DNA of 64,000 nucleotides from an uncultured Planctomycetales bacterium. Lineage in GTDB: Bacteria > Planctomycetota > Planctomycetia > Pirellulales > S012-138. This document shows positions 27,949 through 36,966 of the stretch, piece by piece. Numbering within the stretch: the stretch's first letter is position 1; each line of letters opens with the position of its first letter. The stretch lies in the NCBI GenBank assembly GCA_937927735.1, contig CALBRZ010000133.1:71903-135902 (forward strand). The letters are read 5' to 3'. The position numbers and the translations under genes were made by a program. The notes beneath the pieces were generated by a model. That model saw only the letters and a list, made by a program, of their open reading frames with translations. It made no database searches and was not told where the DNA came from.

Positions 27949-28114
27949 CGAGTTCGCTTCCTAGAGTGCCAAAATGAGAATAATGCGGTAATTAGCGTCC
28001 CAACCTCGTACCGCCTGGTGCCGATTCGATTGCCGCGTTGCCGCAATAAGGTGTGCTGCGTTGGCCGCCCAGCCCCCGGCGGCGATGCGTGGCGTTGCTG
28101 GTATTGCGGAAGGT

Positions 28115-28600
28115 TTATGTTGGTGTGTCTGGTGTGGCCGGATCGGCAGTCGACGTCCCCTCCTGAAGATTCGCTTGCACCGCGCGGAGCAACGAAATCA
28201 GCGTCTGAACCTGCTCTGGCGTTAATCCCCGGGTGGCCTTGGCCCGCACACGCTCAGTACTGGCCACGATCGTTCTCCAAACGGGCTCAGCCTGCGGGAG
28301 TGGCCGCACCATCCGTTTCCGGCGATCATCGGGGCAGCTCTCGCGGATCAGCAGGCCGTCGCGCTCCATGCGGTCCAGCACGCCGACCAGCGTGGGCGGC
28401 TCAATCTTCATACGCTGGGCCAGGTCGGTTTGTGACAGAGGACCTTCCAAAGCGAGCCAAGCCAGCACTTGCCACTGCCGGTAGGTGATACCGTGCGGCA
28501 AGAGTTCGTCATTCAAGGCGCGCTCAATCAGGTGAGCCGTCGTACAGGTCCAGTATCCAACGCTTGATTGAAAATCGTGTTTCAGCACGCGGTCCGGCAA
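28115..28600 (-). CDS. MarR-family transcriptional regulator, first gene of the marR-adaptor-pump unit
   Basis: The winged-helix block reads ITYRQWQVLAWLALEGPLSQTDLAQRMKIEPPTLVGVLDRMERDGLLIRE. The start is uncertain: TTG at 28600 or GTG at 28588. Confidence 0.8.
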   Translation of the reverse strand: MPDRVLKHDFQSSVGYWTCTTAHLIERALNDELLPHGITYRQWQVLAWLALEGPLSQTDLAQRMKIEPPTLVGVLDRMERDGLLIRESCPDDRRKRMVRPLPQAEPVWRTIVASTERVRAKATRGLTPEQVQTLISLLRAVQANLQEGTSTADPATPDTPT

Positions 28601-29125
28601 TTCGTTAGGGCGCTAATAATTGATGTCCCTATCATATCGGGCGCTGTCAATGCCGGCAATCGGTCGCAGGGGATTTCCTCGCCCGTTTTTTCTGCCTAAA
28701 CGTCTGCCACTACTAGGGGTTACGCAAAACGCCCGGCAGCCACGCGCAGCCCCACGATTCCCTCAGGCGAGAAGAGGCGTAAGCACGTAAACGATTACGA
28801 TTTCAGATCTTGCACTTCCTTGCTCCTTATGCTGGCAGATCGGGCTGGTCACTCGAATTTCGGGCCGGGTACGGAGCGTACTCGCCAGCCTGGGGCGCAC
28901 CATCGGCAAGCCTCAGGCAGGTCGCGGTGGTGTCCGCCATCAGGTGGCTCGTCTTGATTCGATCTTGCGATCCGGCTACAAGAGGCCCCCCTTTCCCTGA
29001 TCCCTTGGATGATCCCTGCGTAGCCACCGCGGTGCCATGCGCATCCGCCGCTGGTTGCCGCTGACGGTGCGCACTGACGGATCGCGCTCACCTCAAGTGC
29101 ACGATATTCCTGTACGGAGGCGGCC

Positions 29126-31075
29126 ATGCCGCGCTGCAACCCATCCTGCGTTGGAATCGGCGTCTGCCTGGGGGTGGCCTGGGCCTGGATCGCCGCGACG
29201 GCCGTGGGGCAGGGCTATGCCCCCCACGCCGCATATCCCGGCAGCCCCGGCATTCAGCACGCTCCGCCCCAGCAGTACGCGGCAGCACCGCCAAGCCACT
29301 ATGCCGCACCGTCGCAGGCGGCCCCGCACTACGCGCAGCAGCAGCAATACGCGCACTACCGATCCCCTCAGGGACAGCCGATAGCCCACAGCGGTTCACA
29401 GACTTCGCCCGGGTATCAGCAGCCAACGGCTGCACAGCCGGCGGCCTACCCACCGCAATACCACGCGGCTCCGCCGCAGCAGCATCTGCCGGCCGGCTAC
29501 CAGGCGGCACCACCCCAGCAAGCACCACAGGGCTATCAACAGCCGGCAGCCGCCTATCCGCCGCAGCAGCCGGTGCACCGGGCGGTTTACGCGCAGCCCG
29601 TGGCTTATTCAGCCGGCGAAGCCAGCGTGCCTGAGGGGCCGCGCGTGCATCAGGCTTCGTACGCCGCTCCCCAGCCCTTGCCACAGATGCAGTACGCCCA
29701 GCCCATGCAGGCGTATCCGCCGCAGCCTGGCTACGGCGCTGCCAACGCCTACTACGTCCAGCAGCCGGTGGTTGCCGGCCCGCCGCCGCAACCCTATGGC
29801 GCGCAGCAGGTTGTTTACGTACAGCCTGCCACCCCGCAGTTGCTGCCAGGCGGTGGCTATCCCCAGGCCATGCCGGTGGCGATGGTCGATCCCAACGTGA
29901 TGCCGGTGCAGTACAGTTTTCCTGGGGTTCCCGGAACTTCGGCCGCCGGTGCTGCGGCCGTGCCTGGAGCCTCGTCGGCAGCGGCGCCAACCGGCGGCAT
30001 TGCCGGCTGCTTCAGCGGCCTGTGCCAGATCGGCAGCCAGCTGAAATCGTGCTGGTGTAAATCAGCGTTGGGTCAGATGTTCGGCACGATTATCGCCCCC
30101 GTCAGCGGTCTGACCGGCGGCATCATTCCGCAGTGTTGTGCTAATCCCACGGCCTCCGACTTGGCCCAGCCTGGTGCCCAAGGCGCCGCCAGCGCCATCC
30201 AGAAGAATGCCGCCGAAGCCAAGGCTCGGCGCGAAGCCGTCAAATACCTGGGCACGGTCGATTGCCATTGGTTCCCCGAAGCCGAGACCGGCCTGATCGG
30301 GGCCCTGCGTGCCGATCCCATCGAGTGCGTCCGCTGGGAAGCGGCCCACCAGTTGCGCAACGGCTGCTGCTGCACCAAGAAGGTGATCGAAGCGCTGCGA
30401 ATCTGCGTACAAGGCACCAGCGAGGACGGCAACCCCAGCGAGAACTCGCCCCGCGTGCGGGCGGAAGCCTTGATCGCGTTGCAGGAATGCTTGAGCTGCG
30501 GCGAGAACGGCAACACGCCGGTTCAGCCCGAGCTGCCCACGCGGCCCGAGAACCCCGACGTCCTGGCCGCGCTCAGCTCGTACTATCACGCCACGGGCTA
30601 CTACCGCGAGGCTTTGAACAACCGCTCGCGCGATCAGGTGGTTGCCGACGCTCGGGCCCTGGTTGCGCGGGTGCGGCACGTGCGGCTCTCCAGCCAGCCG
30701 CCGCGTGGCCAGCGCAGCCTGATGGAAATCTGGAATTACGCGGGCAGGCCTCAGCCGGCCGAACCGGGCGACGATCCGAACGAACCGCTGCGTCCGGTGC
30801 CGCAACCAAATTCGCAGCCCCAGACACAGCCGAACTCGCCGCCGCAACCCCAGCCGGCTCCCGAGCCGGCGCCGCGGCCGGAGCCTCGGGCCCTTTACAC
30901 CACCATGACTCCGAGCGAACCGGCCGAGGCTGCCCCCGCAGCCACGGTGCAACGGTTGCCCTCGCCTGGTCCGAGCAGCCAGCAGGCCCAATTGCCGGGC
31001 GAATCGGCTTTTGGTCCGGCACCGCGCACGGCGGCAGAACCGAAACAGCCTGAGCAATCTCCAGTCCTGCGATAG
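29126..31075 (+). CDS. Exported low-complexity (Pro/Gln/Tyr/Ala-rich) protein with a Cys-rich, HEAT-like core; function unknown
   Basis: The ATG is preceded by GGAGG, and the N-terminus is hydrophobic (CVGIGVCLGVAWAWIAATAVG). About 260 aa of degenerate PPQQY / AAYPPQ repeats follow. Next comes a Cys-rich block (GCFSGLCQIGSQLKSCWCKS, PQCCANP, NGCCCTKKVIEALRIC), then a Pro-rich tail. Confidence 0.7.
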   Translation: MPRCNPSCVGIGVCLGVAWAWIAATAVGQGYAPHAAYPGSPGIQHAPPQQYAAAPPSHYAAPSQAAPHYAQQQQYAHYRSPQGQPIAHSGSQTSPGYQQPTAAQPAAYPPQYHAAPPQQHLPAGYQAAPPQQAPQGYQQPAAAYPPQQPVHRAVYAQPVAYSAGEASVPEGPRVHQASYAAPQPLPQMQYAQPMQAYPPQPGYGAANAYYVQQPVVAGPPPQPYGAQQVVYVQPATPQLLPGGGYPQAMPVAMVDPNVMPVQYSFPGVPGTSAAGAAAVPGASSAAAPTGGIAGCFSGLCQIGSQLKSCWCKSALGQMFGTIIAPVSGLTGGIIPQCCANPTASDLAQPGAQGAASAIQKNAAEAKARREAVKYLGTVDCHWFPEAETGLIGALRADPIECVRWEAAHQLRNGCCCTKKVIEALRICVQGTSEDGNPSENSPRVRAEALIALQECLSCGENGNTPVQPELPTRPENPDVLAALSSYYHATGYYREALNNRSRDQVVADARALVARVRHVRLSSQPPRGQRSLMEIWNYAGRPQPAEPGDDPNEPLRPVPQPNSQPQTQPNSPPQPQPAPEPAPRPEPRALYTTMTPSEPAEAAPAATVQRLPSPGPSSQQAQLPGESAFGPAPRTAAEPKQPEQSPVLR

Positions 31076-31344
31076 GGCGTTCAACGCGTCCAGGCGGAGT
31101 CACCGCCACAATCACACCGCCGCGCAAAACTGGGACGTGCGGCAGCGGCGTTACAAGTCTGCGAAGTGTCCCGCGCCCAGCGGCGAATCGCACCTTTTGC
31201 AGCCACCACCAGTGCAGGCACCGCCTGCCGTGCGTCGATGCTAGCTATGGAGCGCCGAGATTCGCGGTATGCCGCGGCCGGTGCGGTTCGCAGGCGGGCA
31301 GGGCAGGGGCCACGCCCGCCGCAACAGAGTCCACGAGGTGTGAT

Positions 31345-31590
31345 ATGTGGCGCGCGTTCTTTTGGGCACTCGGTTTGTTTTCGATCATCCTGGGCGCGGA
31401 GTGCATGTTGATCGACAAGGCCGTACTGGCGAAGACCGAGACCGTCAAATCGGCTGTACCAGGCGTGCTCCCGCAGAAGGTGCGCAAGAAGGAGTTCGTG
31501 CCGCCTGACTGGGCGCCCTGGAGCCTGCTCTCGCTGGGCGCGGTCACCATCATCTATTCGTTCACCATCCCCAAGCGGCTGGAAGGTTAG
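31345..31590 (+). CDS. Small membrane protein with two predicted TM helices
   Basis: MWRAFFWALGLFSIILGAECML... and ...WAPWSLLSLGAVTIIYSF. A GAGGTG Shine-Dalgarno-like site lies 5 nt upstream of the ATG. Confidence 0.6.
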   Translation: MWRAFFWALGLFSIILGAECMLIDKAVLAKTETVKSAVPGVLPQKVRKKEFVPPDWAPWSLLSLGAVTIIYSFTIPKRLEG

Positions 31591-31867
31591 GGGGGGCGAT
31601 CGTCCCTCTCCACGCCTACGGCACAGCCACGCCACTGGGGAGTCTGCCCGAGGTCCAATTCCCTGCTGCGGCTGGGTGGGTGCCTCCTTCTCAAGCGGGC
31701 ATGCCCCCGGTACGATGCCAACAGATTGGGCGGACGCCACCGCAGGGTGCGTCCGCCTGTCATGTTTGCGGGCTTTGTCCGGCCCGCGCCTGCCGTTCGC
31801 GGCCGGGGCCCCGTTCTTGGCCCCGCGTCCGCCAGCTTTCCTGTTGGTCCTCTGCCCCCAGTACGCG

Positions 31868-32863
31868 ATGTCCGACGTTGCCCCGCTGTCTCGCCTGACG
31901 CCGGAACCACTGCCCGACAACATCGGCAGCGTGCAGCCGGGGGGCGGCTGGATCTATCACCTGGAGCTGCTTTGGGGCAAGTGGCGCCGCTGGTACCTTA
32001 AGACCTTCCGTCGAGGGTACGTGCGGCGGATGGCCGAAAAGCGTATAGGCAGCGCCGACGGGGCTCCCCACGAGATTCTTGACCCCCGCGATCTGAAGTA
32101 CTGCCGGAACCTCTGCACGGCCAGTTGGGCCCCGGAGGACGATCCCTTCCGCTGGCGCGAGAAGATCCCGTTCGCCCGGTGGGGCCTGTGCGAACTGATC
32201 GTGATGAGCACGGTGCTCATCGCCGTGGCCGCGGCCATCGTGTACTGGCTGCCCAGCTTCTGGTACTTGGCAGTTATCCCGGGCCTGCTGTTGGCCGAAG
32301 TGGTGTACTTTTTCCGCGATCCACCGCGGGAGGTGCCTACCGAGCCGGGACTGGTGGTTTCGCCGGCCGACGGCACCGTGGTGGATATTACCCGACTGGC
32401 TCACGACCCGTTTGTGGAAGGGCCGGCCATCCGGATCGGCATCTTCCTCTCGATCTTCAACGTGCATATCAACCGGTTCCCGGTGACGGCGCGGTGCATC
32501 CGCCAGGAGTACCGGCCCGGCAAGTATCTCAATGCCCTGCGCGAGGCGAGCGTCCGTGAGAACGAGGCCCTGACGCTATACCTGGAAGAAGACACTCCGC
32601 CGCATCGGCGGTACACCGTCCGGCAGATCGCCGGGGCAATCGCGCGGCGGATCGTGTGCGAAGTGCGGCCCGGCGAGCGGCTTGAACGCGGCCAGAAGTA
32701 TGGGATGATTAAGCTGGGTTCGCGGACCGAGCTCATCATTCCTGACGATGGTCAGGTGGAAGTCACCGTGAGCATGGGTCAAGCGGTCAAGGCGGGCAGT
32801 ACCGTCATGGCACGTTACCTGGCCGACATCCCCCCCAGCGAGAAAGACGACCAGCGACCATGA
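31868..32863 (+). CDS. psd: Phosphatidylserine decarboxylase proenzyme (short Asd/Psd type) with an N-terminal membrane extension
   Basis: Blocks: VVSPADGTVVDI, IFLSIFNVHINRFPV, and the self-cleavage site GMIKLGSRTELIIP. ATG at 31868 (MSDVAPL). The stop overlaps the pssA start in an ATGA. Confidence 0.85.
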   Translation: MSDVAPLSRLTPEPLPDNIGSVQPGGGWIYHLELLWGKWRRWYLKTFRRGYVRRMAEKRIGSADGAPHEILDPRDLKYCRNLCTASWAPEDDPFRWREKIPFARWGLCELIVMSTVLIAVAAAIVYWLPSFWYLAVIPGLLLAEVVYFFRDPPREVPTEPGLVVSPADGTVVDITRLAHDPFVEGPAIRIGIFLSIFNVHINRFPVTARCIRQEYRPGKYLNALREASVRENEALTLYLEEDTPPHRRYTVRQIAGAIARRIVCEVRPGERLERGQKYGMIKLGSRTELIIPDDGQVEVTVSMGQAVKAGSTVMARYLADIPPSEKDDQRP

Positions 32864-33732
32864 GTCCGAAGAAACGAATTCGCGTGGTCAACGGTCTGCC
32901 GACCCTGTTCACGCTCGGCAATCTGGTGTGTGGCTTCTTCGCCATCGTGGTGGCTGCTCGCGTGGCCAAGCCCGAGCGGCCCATCCCCGCCGATCCAGAC
33001 GCCGTGGTGGTCGAGCGAGCCAATGCCGAGTACTACAAGCACAGTGAAGCCACGCACTGCATGTACAGTGCGGCGCTCATCTTCCTGGCGATGGTCTTCG
33101 ACGCCCTCGATGGTCAGGTCGCTCGGCTCAGCCGGACCAGCAGCGAATTCGGGGCACAGCTCGACAGCCTGTGCGATCTGGTATCGTTTGGCGTCGCGCC
33201 GGCATTCCTGCTGGTGAAAATGTGTCCCGACTTTACGGCGATGCACAATGAGCCGGTCTGGGTATTGGCGGCCACCTTTGCCGTGTGTGTGGCGCTCCGA
33301 CTAGCCAGGTACAACGTCGAAACCGACGAAGAGGACGATCACCGCACGTTCAGCGGTTTGCCGTCACCGGCAGGCGGGGCCGCGGTGGCCAGCTTCGCCT
33401 TCTTGTTCTATTCGCTGCGGCGCGAAGGCGACACCATTCCCTACGCCGCCGATGTCGATCTGTGGCTTCAGTGGCTGCTGCCCTGGTATGCGTTGATCGT
33501 GGCGGTGCTGATGGTGTCGCGGATTCCCTACCCGCACATTGCCAACCACCTGTTCCGCGGCGAAAAGACCATGGGTCAGGTGGTGGGCCTGTTGATCGCC
33601 CTGGTGTTTCTGGCGCTGGCCCGTGGTTACGCCATCCCGGTGGTTTGCGGGGTGTTCGCCATCTCAGGCCCGGTCAACTACGTCTGGCAGCGGCTGTGGC
33701 ACCGCCGCATGCAGGAAGATCCGCTGTTCTGA
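32860..33732 (+). CDS. pssA: CDP-diacylglycerol--serine O-phosphatidyltransferase
   Basis: The CDP-alcohol phosphotransferase motif is present: DALDGQVARLSRTSSEFGAQLDSLCDLVSFGVAP. The protein is polytopic. Confidence 0.85.
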   Translation: MSPKKRIRVVNGLPTLFTLGNLVCGFFAIVVAARVAKPERPIPADPDAVVVERANAEYYKHSEATHCMYSAALIFLAMVFDALDGQVARLSRTSSEFGAQLDSLCDLVSFGVAPAFLLVKMCPDFTAMHNEPVWVLAATFAVCVALRLARYNVETDEEDDHRTFSGLPSPAGGAAVASFAFLFYSLRREGDTIPYAADVDLWLQWLLPWYALIVAVLMVSRIPYPHIANHLFRGEKTMGQVVGLLIALVFLALARGYAIPVVCGVFAISGPVNYVWQRLWHRRMQEDPLF

Positions 33733-33933
33733 TCCGCCCCCAGGCGTGTGCGACCGCCGCCTGGCCGCTACGCAGCCCCGGTGGATGCTGTCCTGCGGGG
33801 TGCGTACCGCGGCAAGCAGGGACCATCCGCCGACGGTAGGGCCGAGCGTCAAAGCGCAGGACCAAGGCGCGGGCGAAACGAGCGGCCTCTTGCCACCTGC
33901 ACGAACCGCTTCTAAATCGATGTGAAAGGTGCG

Positions 33934-34530
33934 ATGTTTTCAGGGTTAGTTCAACTGCTGGCCGAGGTCACCCAGGTACGCGACGAACCGCCCGGCAAGC
34001 GGCTGCTGGTTGCGGCGTCGGAGTTCGTCGCCGATGCCGAGATCGGCGAGAGCATCGCCATCAACGGCTGTTGCCTCACCTTGGTGGCGGTCGAGGACCA
34101 GCAGCTTGCCTTCCAGGCAGGCCCCGAAACGCTCGCCCGTACCAACCTGGGCCGCCTCGCTCCCGGCAGCCGCGTGAACCTGGAGCGCTCGCTGCGGATC
34201 GGCGACAAGTTGGGGGGACATTTCGTCACCGGGCACGTGGATGGGTTGGGCAAGCTGGTCGACCGACAACAAGACGGCGACTGGGTGACCTGCTGGTTTG
34301 AGGCCCCGCAGCCGCTGATGCGGCAAATGGCCAGCAAGGGCAGCATCGCCGTCGACGGCGTAAGCCTCACGCTGGTGGACGTGCTGGACGACCGCTTCAG
34401 CGTCCAACTGATTCCACATACGCTGGCGGTCACCACACTGGGCCTGCTGCAAGTGGGCGATACCGTTAACCTGGAAACCGACCTGTTGGCAAAATATGTC
34501 GAGCGGCAGTTGAGCGGCCAGCCGTCCTAG
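33934..34530 (+). CDS. ribE: Riboflavin synthase alpha chain
   Basis: MFSGLV.., SIAINGCCLTLV and SIAVDGVSLTLV form the duplicated lumazine-binding repeat. The track ORF starts 4 codons earlier at 33922. Confidence 0.9.
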   Translation: MFSGLVQLLAEVTQVRDEPPGKRLLVAASEFVADAEIGESIAINGCCLTLVAVEDQQLAFQAGPETLARTNLGRLAPGSRVNLERSLRIGDKLGGHFVTGHVDGLGKLVDRQQDGDWVTCWFEAPQPLMRQMASKGSIAVDGVSLTLVDVLDDRFSVQLIPHTLAVTTLGLLQVGDTVNLETDLLAKYVERQLSGQPS

Positions 34531-34584
34531 CGGCCGATCCTGCCCGCTTCCCACACACCTCGTAGGCTTCTGAACGAGTAACCT

Positions 34585-35505
34585 GTGACCCACGCGCGCC
34601 AGACTCGCAGTTTCCTTCTCAAGCGGTTTGCCGAGGCCGGCATCCGTCCGCGGACGCAGTACGGCCAGAACTTTCTGATCGACCTGAACCTGATTCGCGT
34701 GCTGCACGACGCCGCGGAGTTGGGCCCCGATGATGTCGCCCTCGAGATCGGCACCGGTACCGGCTCGCTGACCGGCATGCTCGTGCAGTCGGCGGGCACG
34801 GTGGTCACGGTCGAGATCGACGATCAGCTTTACCAGCTTGCTCGAGAGGAACTGGCCGGAGCCCAGAACCTGATCATGCTCCGGATGGATGCGCTGCGCA
34901 ACAAGAGCACGTTCCAGCCGGAACTGATCGAGATCTTGCAGCAGCAGTTGGCCGTGTCGCCGCAGCGGCGGCTGAAGCTCACGGCGAACCTGCCGTACAA
35001 CGTGGCCACGCCGATCATCTCCAACCTGCTGGCCTGCCGCGAGCTGACGCCGCACTCGATGGTGGTCACGATCCAGAAGGAACTGGCCGACCGGATCATG
35101 GCCGCGCCATCGACCAAAGACTACGGCGCGCTGAGCGTGTGGGTGCAGAGCCAGTGCCGCGTAGAAATGGTCCGTGAACTGCCACCGCAGGTGTTCTGGC
35201 CGCGGCCCAAGGTCACCAGCGCCATCATCAAGATCGTGATCGACGAGCAACTGCGCTCGCGGATCCCCGACCGCTGGTTCTTCCACCGCTTCATACGCGC
35301 GGTCTTCCTGCATCGCCGCAAGTTCCTGCGGAGCGTGGTCTGTAGCGCCTTCAAGCACGAACTGGAAAAGCACCAGGTCGACGCCGTGCTCGAGCAGCTT
35401 GGCTACGACGCTAACGCCCGGGCCGAAGCGCTCAGCATCGAAGAACTGATCGCCCTGTCGGAAGGATTCCGCGCCGTCGTCCCGGAGAACCCTAAGAAGA
35501 AATAA
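34585..35505 (+). CDS. rsmA: 16S rRNA (adenine1518/1519-N6)-dimethyltransferase
   Basis: The block YGQNFLIDLNLIRVL..LEIGTGTGSLT..ANLPYNVATPI is the KsgA signature. The start codon is GTG. Confidence 0.9.
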   Translation: MTHARQTRSFLLKRFAEAGIRPRTQYGQNFLIDLNLIRVLHDAAELGPDDVALEIGTGTGSLTGMLVQSAGTVVTVEIDDQLYQLAREELAGAQNLIMLRMDALRNKSTFQPELIEILQQQLAVSPQRRLKLTANLPYNVATPIISNLLACRELTPHSMVVTIQKELADRIMAAPSTKDYGALSVWVQSQCRVEMVRELPPQVFWPRPKVTSAIIKIVIDEQLRSRIPDRWFFHRFIRAVFLHRRKFLRSVVCSAFKHELEKHQVDAVLEQLGYDANARAEALSIEELIALSEGFRAVVPENPKKK

Positions 35506-35512
35506 CCGGCCA

Positions 35513-36334
35513 TCACGGCTGGTTGCCTCGGGCGGTGCTGCTCGGTTTGATCTCCGAAAGCGGCGAATCGTCGCGGGCAAAGAACATCACGTGCTGCCAG
35601 GGCAGCTCGTCGTACTCCCGCACCAACTTGTACCCGTTGGGCGGGATCTCTTTCATGATCTGCTTCTTACTCATCTTGTGAAGCAGCTTGATCGGCACCC
35701 GCGGGTCTTCCAGGCGGAACTCTACCAGCACGATCTGCCCGGTGGGCTTGAGCGCCTTGCGCATCGCCTTGAGCATGTGCTCGGGATGCGAAAACTCGTG
35801 GTACACATCCACCAGCAAAATCAGGTCGCAGCTTTCGTCGGGCAACTGCGGATCGATCACGCTACCCAGGATCGGCTCGATGTTCTCCACCTGGGCCGCC
35901 TTGGCGCGCTTTTCGAGCAGGCCGAGCATCTCCGGTTGAATGTCGACGGCCAGCACTTTGCCGTCCTGGCCCACCGCCTCGGCCAACTTGAGCGAATAAA
36001 AGCCGTTGCCGCAGCCCATGTCGCAGACCGTCAGGCCGGGCTTCAAATCAAGAACCTTGAGCAGCTTGGAGCAGGCTTCCTCACGCTCGCGGGTTTCGCG
36101 AATCAGCCAATCGGCGCCCAGGTAACTCATCGCCGGTGCGATCTTGCGGCCCTTGTACGCCGTGAGCGGCGGTGGAATCCGCTGGGGCCGCTGAGTTGGC
36201 TTTGCTTCCGTCGCGGCATCAGCCTGGGCTGCACCGACGTCTTGCGCTGCCGCCCAAGTTTCCGTCAACACCAGGCACATCCAAGCGCCGACGAAGGCCA
36301 TCCAGGTGCAACCGCGGCAAGGCCAGCGTTTCAT
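35513..36334 (-). CDS. Class I SAM-dependent methyltransferase with an N-terminal signal or anchor sequence
   Basis: SAM motif I is VCDMGCGNGFYSLKLAE, with LAVDIQ as a post-I acidic residue. The N-terminus WMAFVGAWMCLVLTETWAAAQ is hydrophobic. Confidence 0.8.
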   Translation of the reverse strand: MKRWPCRGCTWMAFVGAWMCLVLTETWAAAQDVGAAQADAATEAKPTQRPQRIPPPLTAYKGRKIAPAMSYLGADWLIRETREREEACSKLLKVLDLKPGLTVCDMGCGNGFYSLKLAEAVGQDGKVLAVDIQPEMLGLLEKRAKAAQVENIEPILGSVIDPQLPDESCDLILLVDVYHEFSHPEHMLKAMRKALKPTGQIVLVEFRLEDPRVPIKLLHKMSKKQIMKEIPPNGYKLVREYDELPWQHVMFFARDDSPLSEIKPSSTARGNQP

Positions 36335-36509
36335 CGGTTCTCTCCCACACCGACAGGTGCCATGGTACCGCAGACATCAAAGGCGTACCGCCCGACATCG
36401 TAACCCGTCGGCAGCGCGCGGTGCCAGCCGTGAATCGCCACAGGTTGAGCGATCGCGTCGAAGCTTGCGGACAAGAGGGCCTTGCGCGGCGCGTGCCAAC
36501 CGCTATGGG

Positions 36510-36650
36510 TTACATGCTGATAAACAGCTTGATCAGGAACAACATCGCCAGGTTGGTGACGATCAAGATGCCGATTTCCTGGTCTTCCATTTCCTGGAGT
36601 TGCGAGAGCTTGTACGTGAAGTACGCCAGCAGCCCGAGGATGATTCCCAT
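36510..36650 (-). CDS. 46-aa two-helix membrane peptide, below the ORF-track length cutoff
   Basis: I translated this by hand as MGIILGLLAYFTYKLSQLQEMEDQEIGILIVTNLAMLFLIKLFISM followed by a stop. By my count 38 of 43 informative codons end in G or C, in line with the bias I saw in neighbouring genes. Confidence 0.45.
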   Translation of the reverse strand: MGIILGLLAYFTYKLSQLQEMEDQEIGILIVTNLAMLFLIKLFISM

Positions 36651-36923
36651 CGATCAACCGGCCCACCTGGTCGATTCGCCCAACAATGCATAGCCCCCCC
36701 ATCATCCCGCAGCCTGAAGGGCAGTCAGGATGACCACATTGATGGCTTCCCGCCAGATGCCGTTCAATCCGAAGTCGGTGTTCGGCAGGTTATAGACAAG
36801 CCACAGTCCGCCGACTGCCCCCCCAGTGCCAACAGACACACGCCCCAGAGCACGAGGAATTCGAGCGTAATTCTGCCCCACGCGTTTAAACGCGATCCAA
36901 GACCGGCGTCTGAGGCGCAGGTA

Positions 36924-36950
36924 CGCGGGGCGGCGCGAGGCCGCCCCGCG
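36924..36950 (-). terminator. Hairpin directly after the amidohydrolase stop
   Basis: A perfect 11-bp GC stem (cgcggggcggc / gccgccccgcg) with loop gcgag lies 17 nt beyond the stop at 36967. There is no clear U-tract. Confidence 0.45.
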
Positions 36951-36966
36951 TGCGCGGTTTACTAAG

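Noticed and set aside
28601-28720. The AT-rich segment upstream of marR (ctaataattgatgtccctatcatatcgg, with TTGACA on the minus strand), considered as a defined MarR operator and promoter
   Set aside because: TTGACA is present, but I found no acceptable -10 hexamer at 16-18 nt and no clean palindrome. It is probably the promoter region, but I cannot define the elements from the sequence.
29213-29996. Repetitive DNA (recurring ccgccgcagcag and cagcagccg units), considered as a tandem-repeat or CRISPR-like array
   Set aside because: The repeats are degenerate, irregularly spaced, and lie in frame within one long ORF that encodes PPQQY-type low-complexity protein. There are no spacer-like unique units and no cas genes.
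33733-33933. An FMN (RFN) riboswitch upstream of ribE, and likewise upstream of ribF at 16440..16650
   Set aside because: Neither spacer contains an RFN-like conserved core (such as the GGGCAGGGUGAAAUUCC and GUAAAGUCC-type segments). The hairpin at 16470..16512 is better explained as the ahpD terminator.
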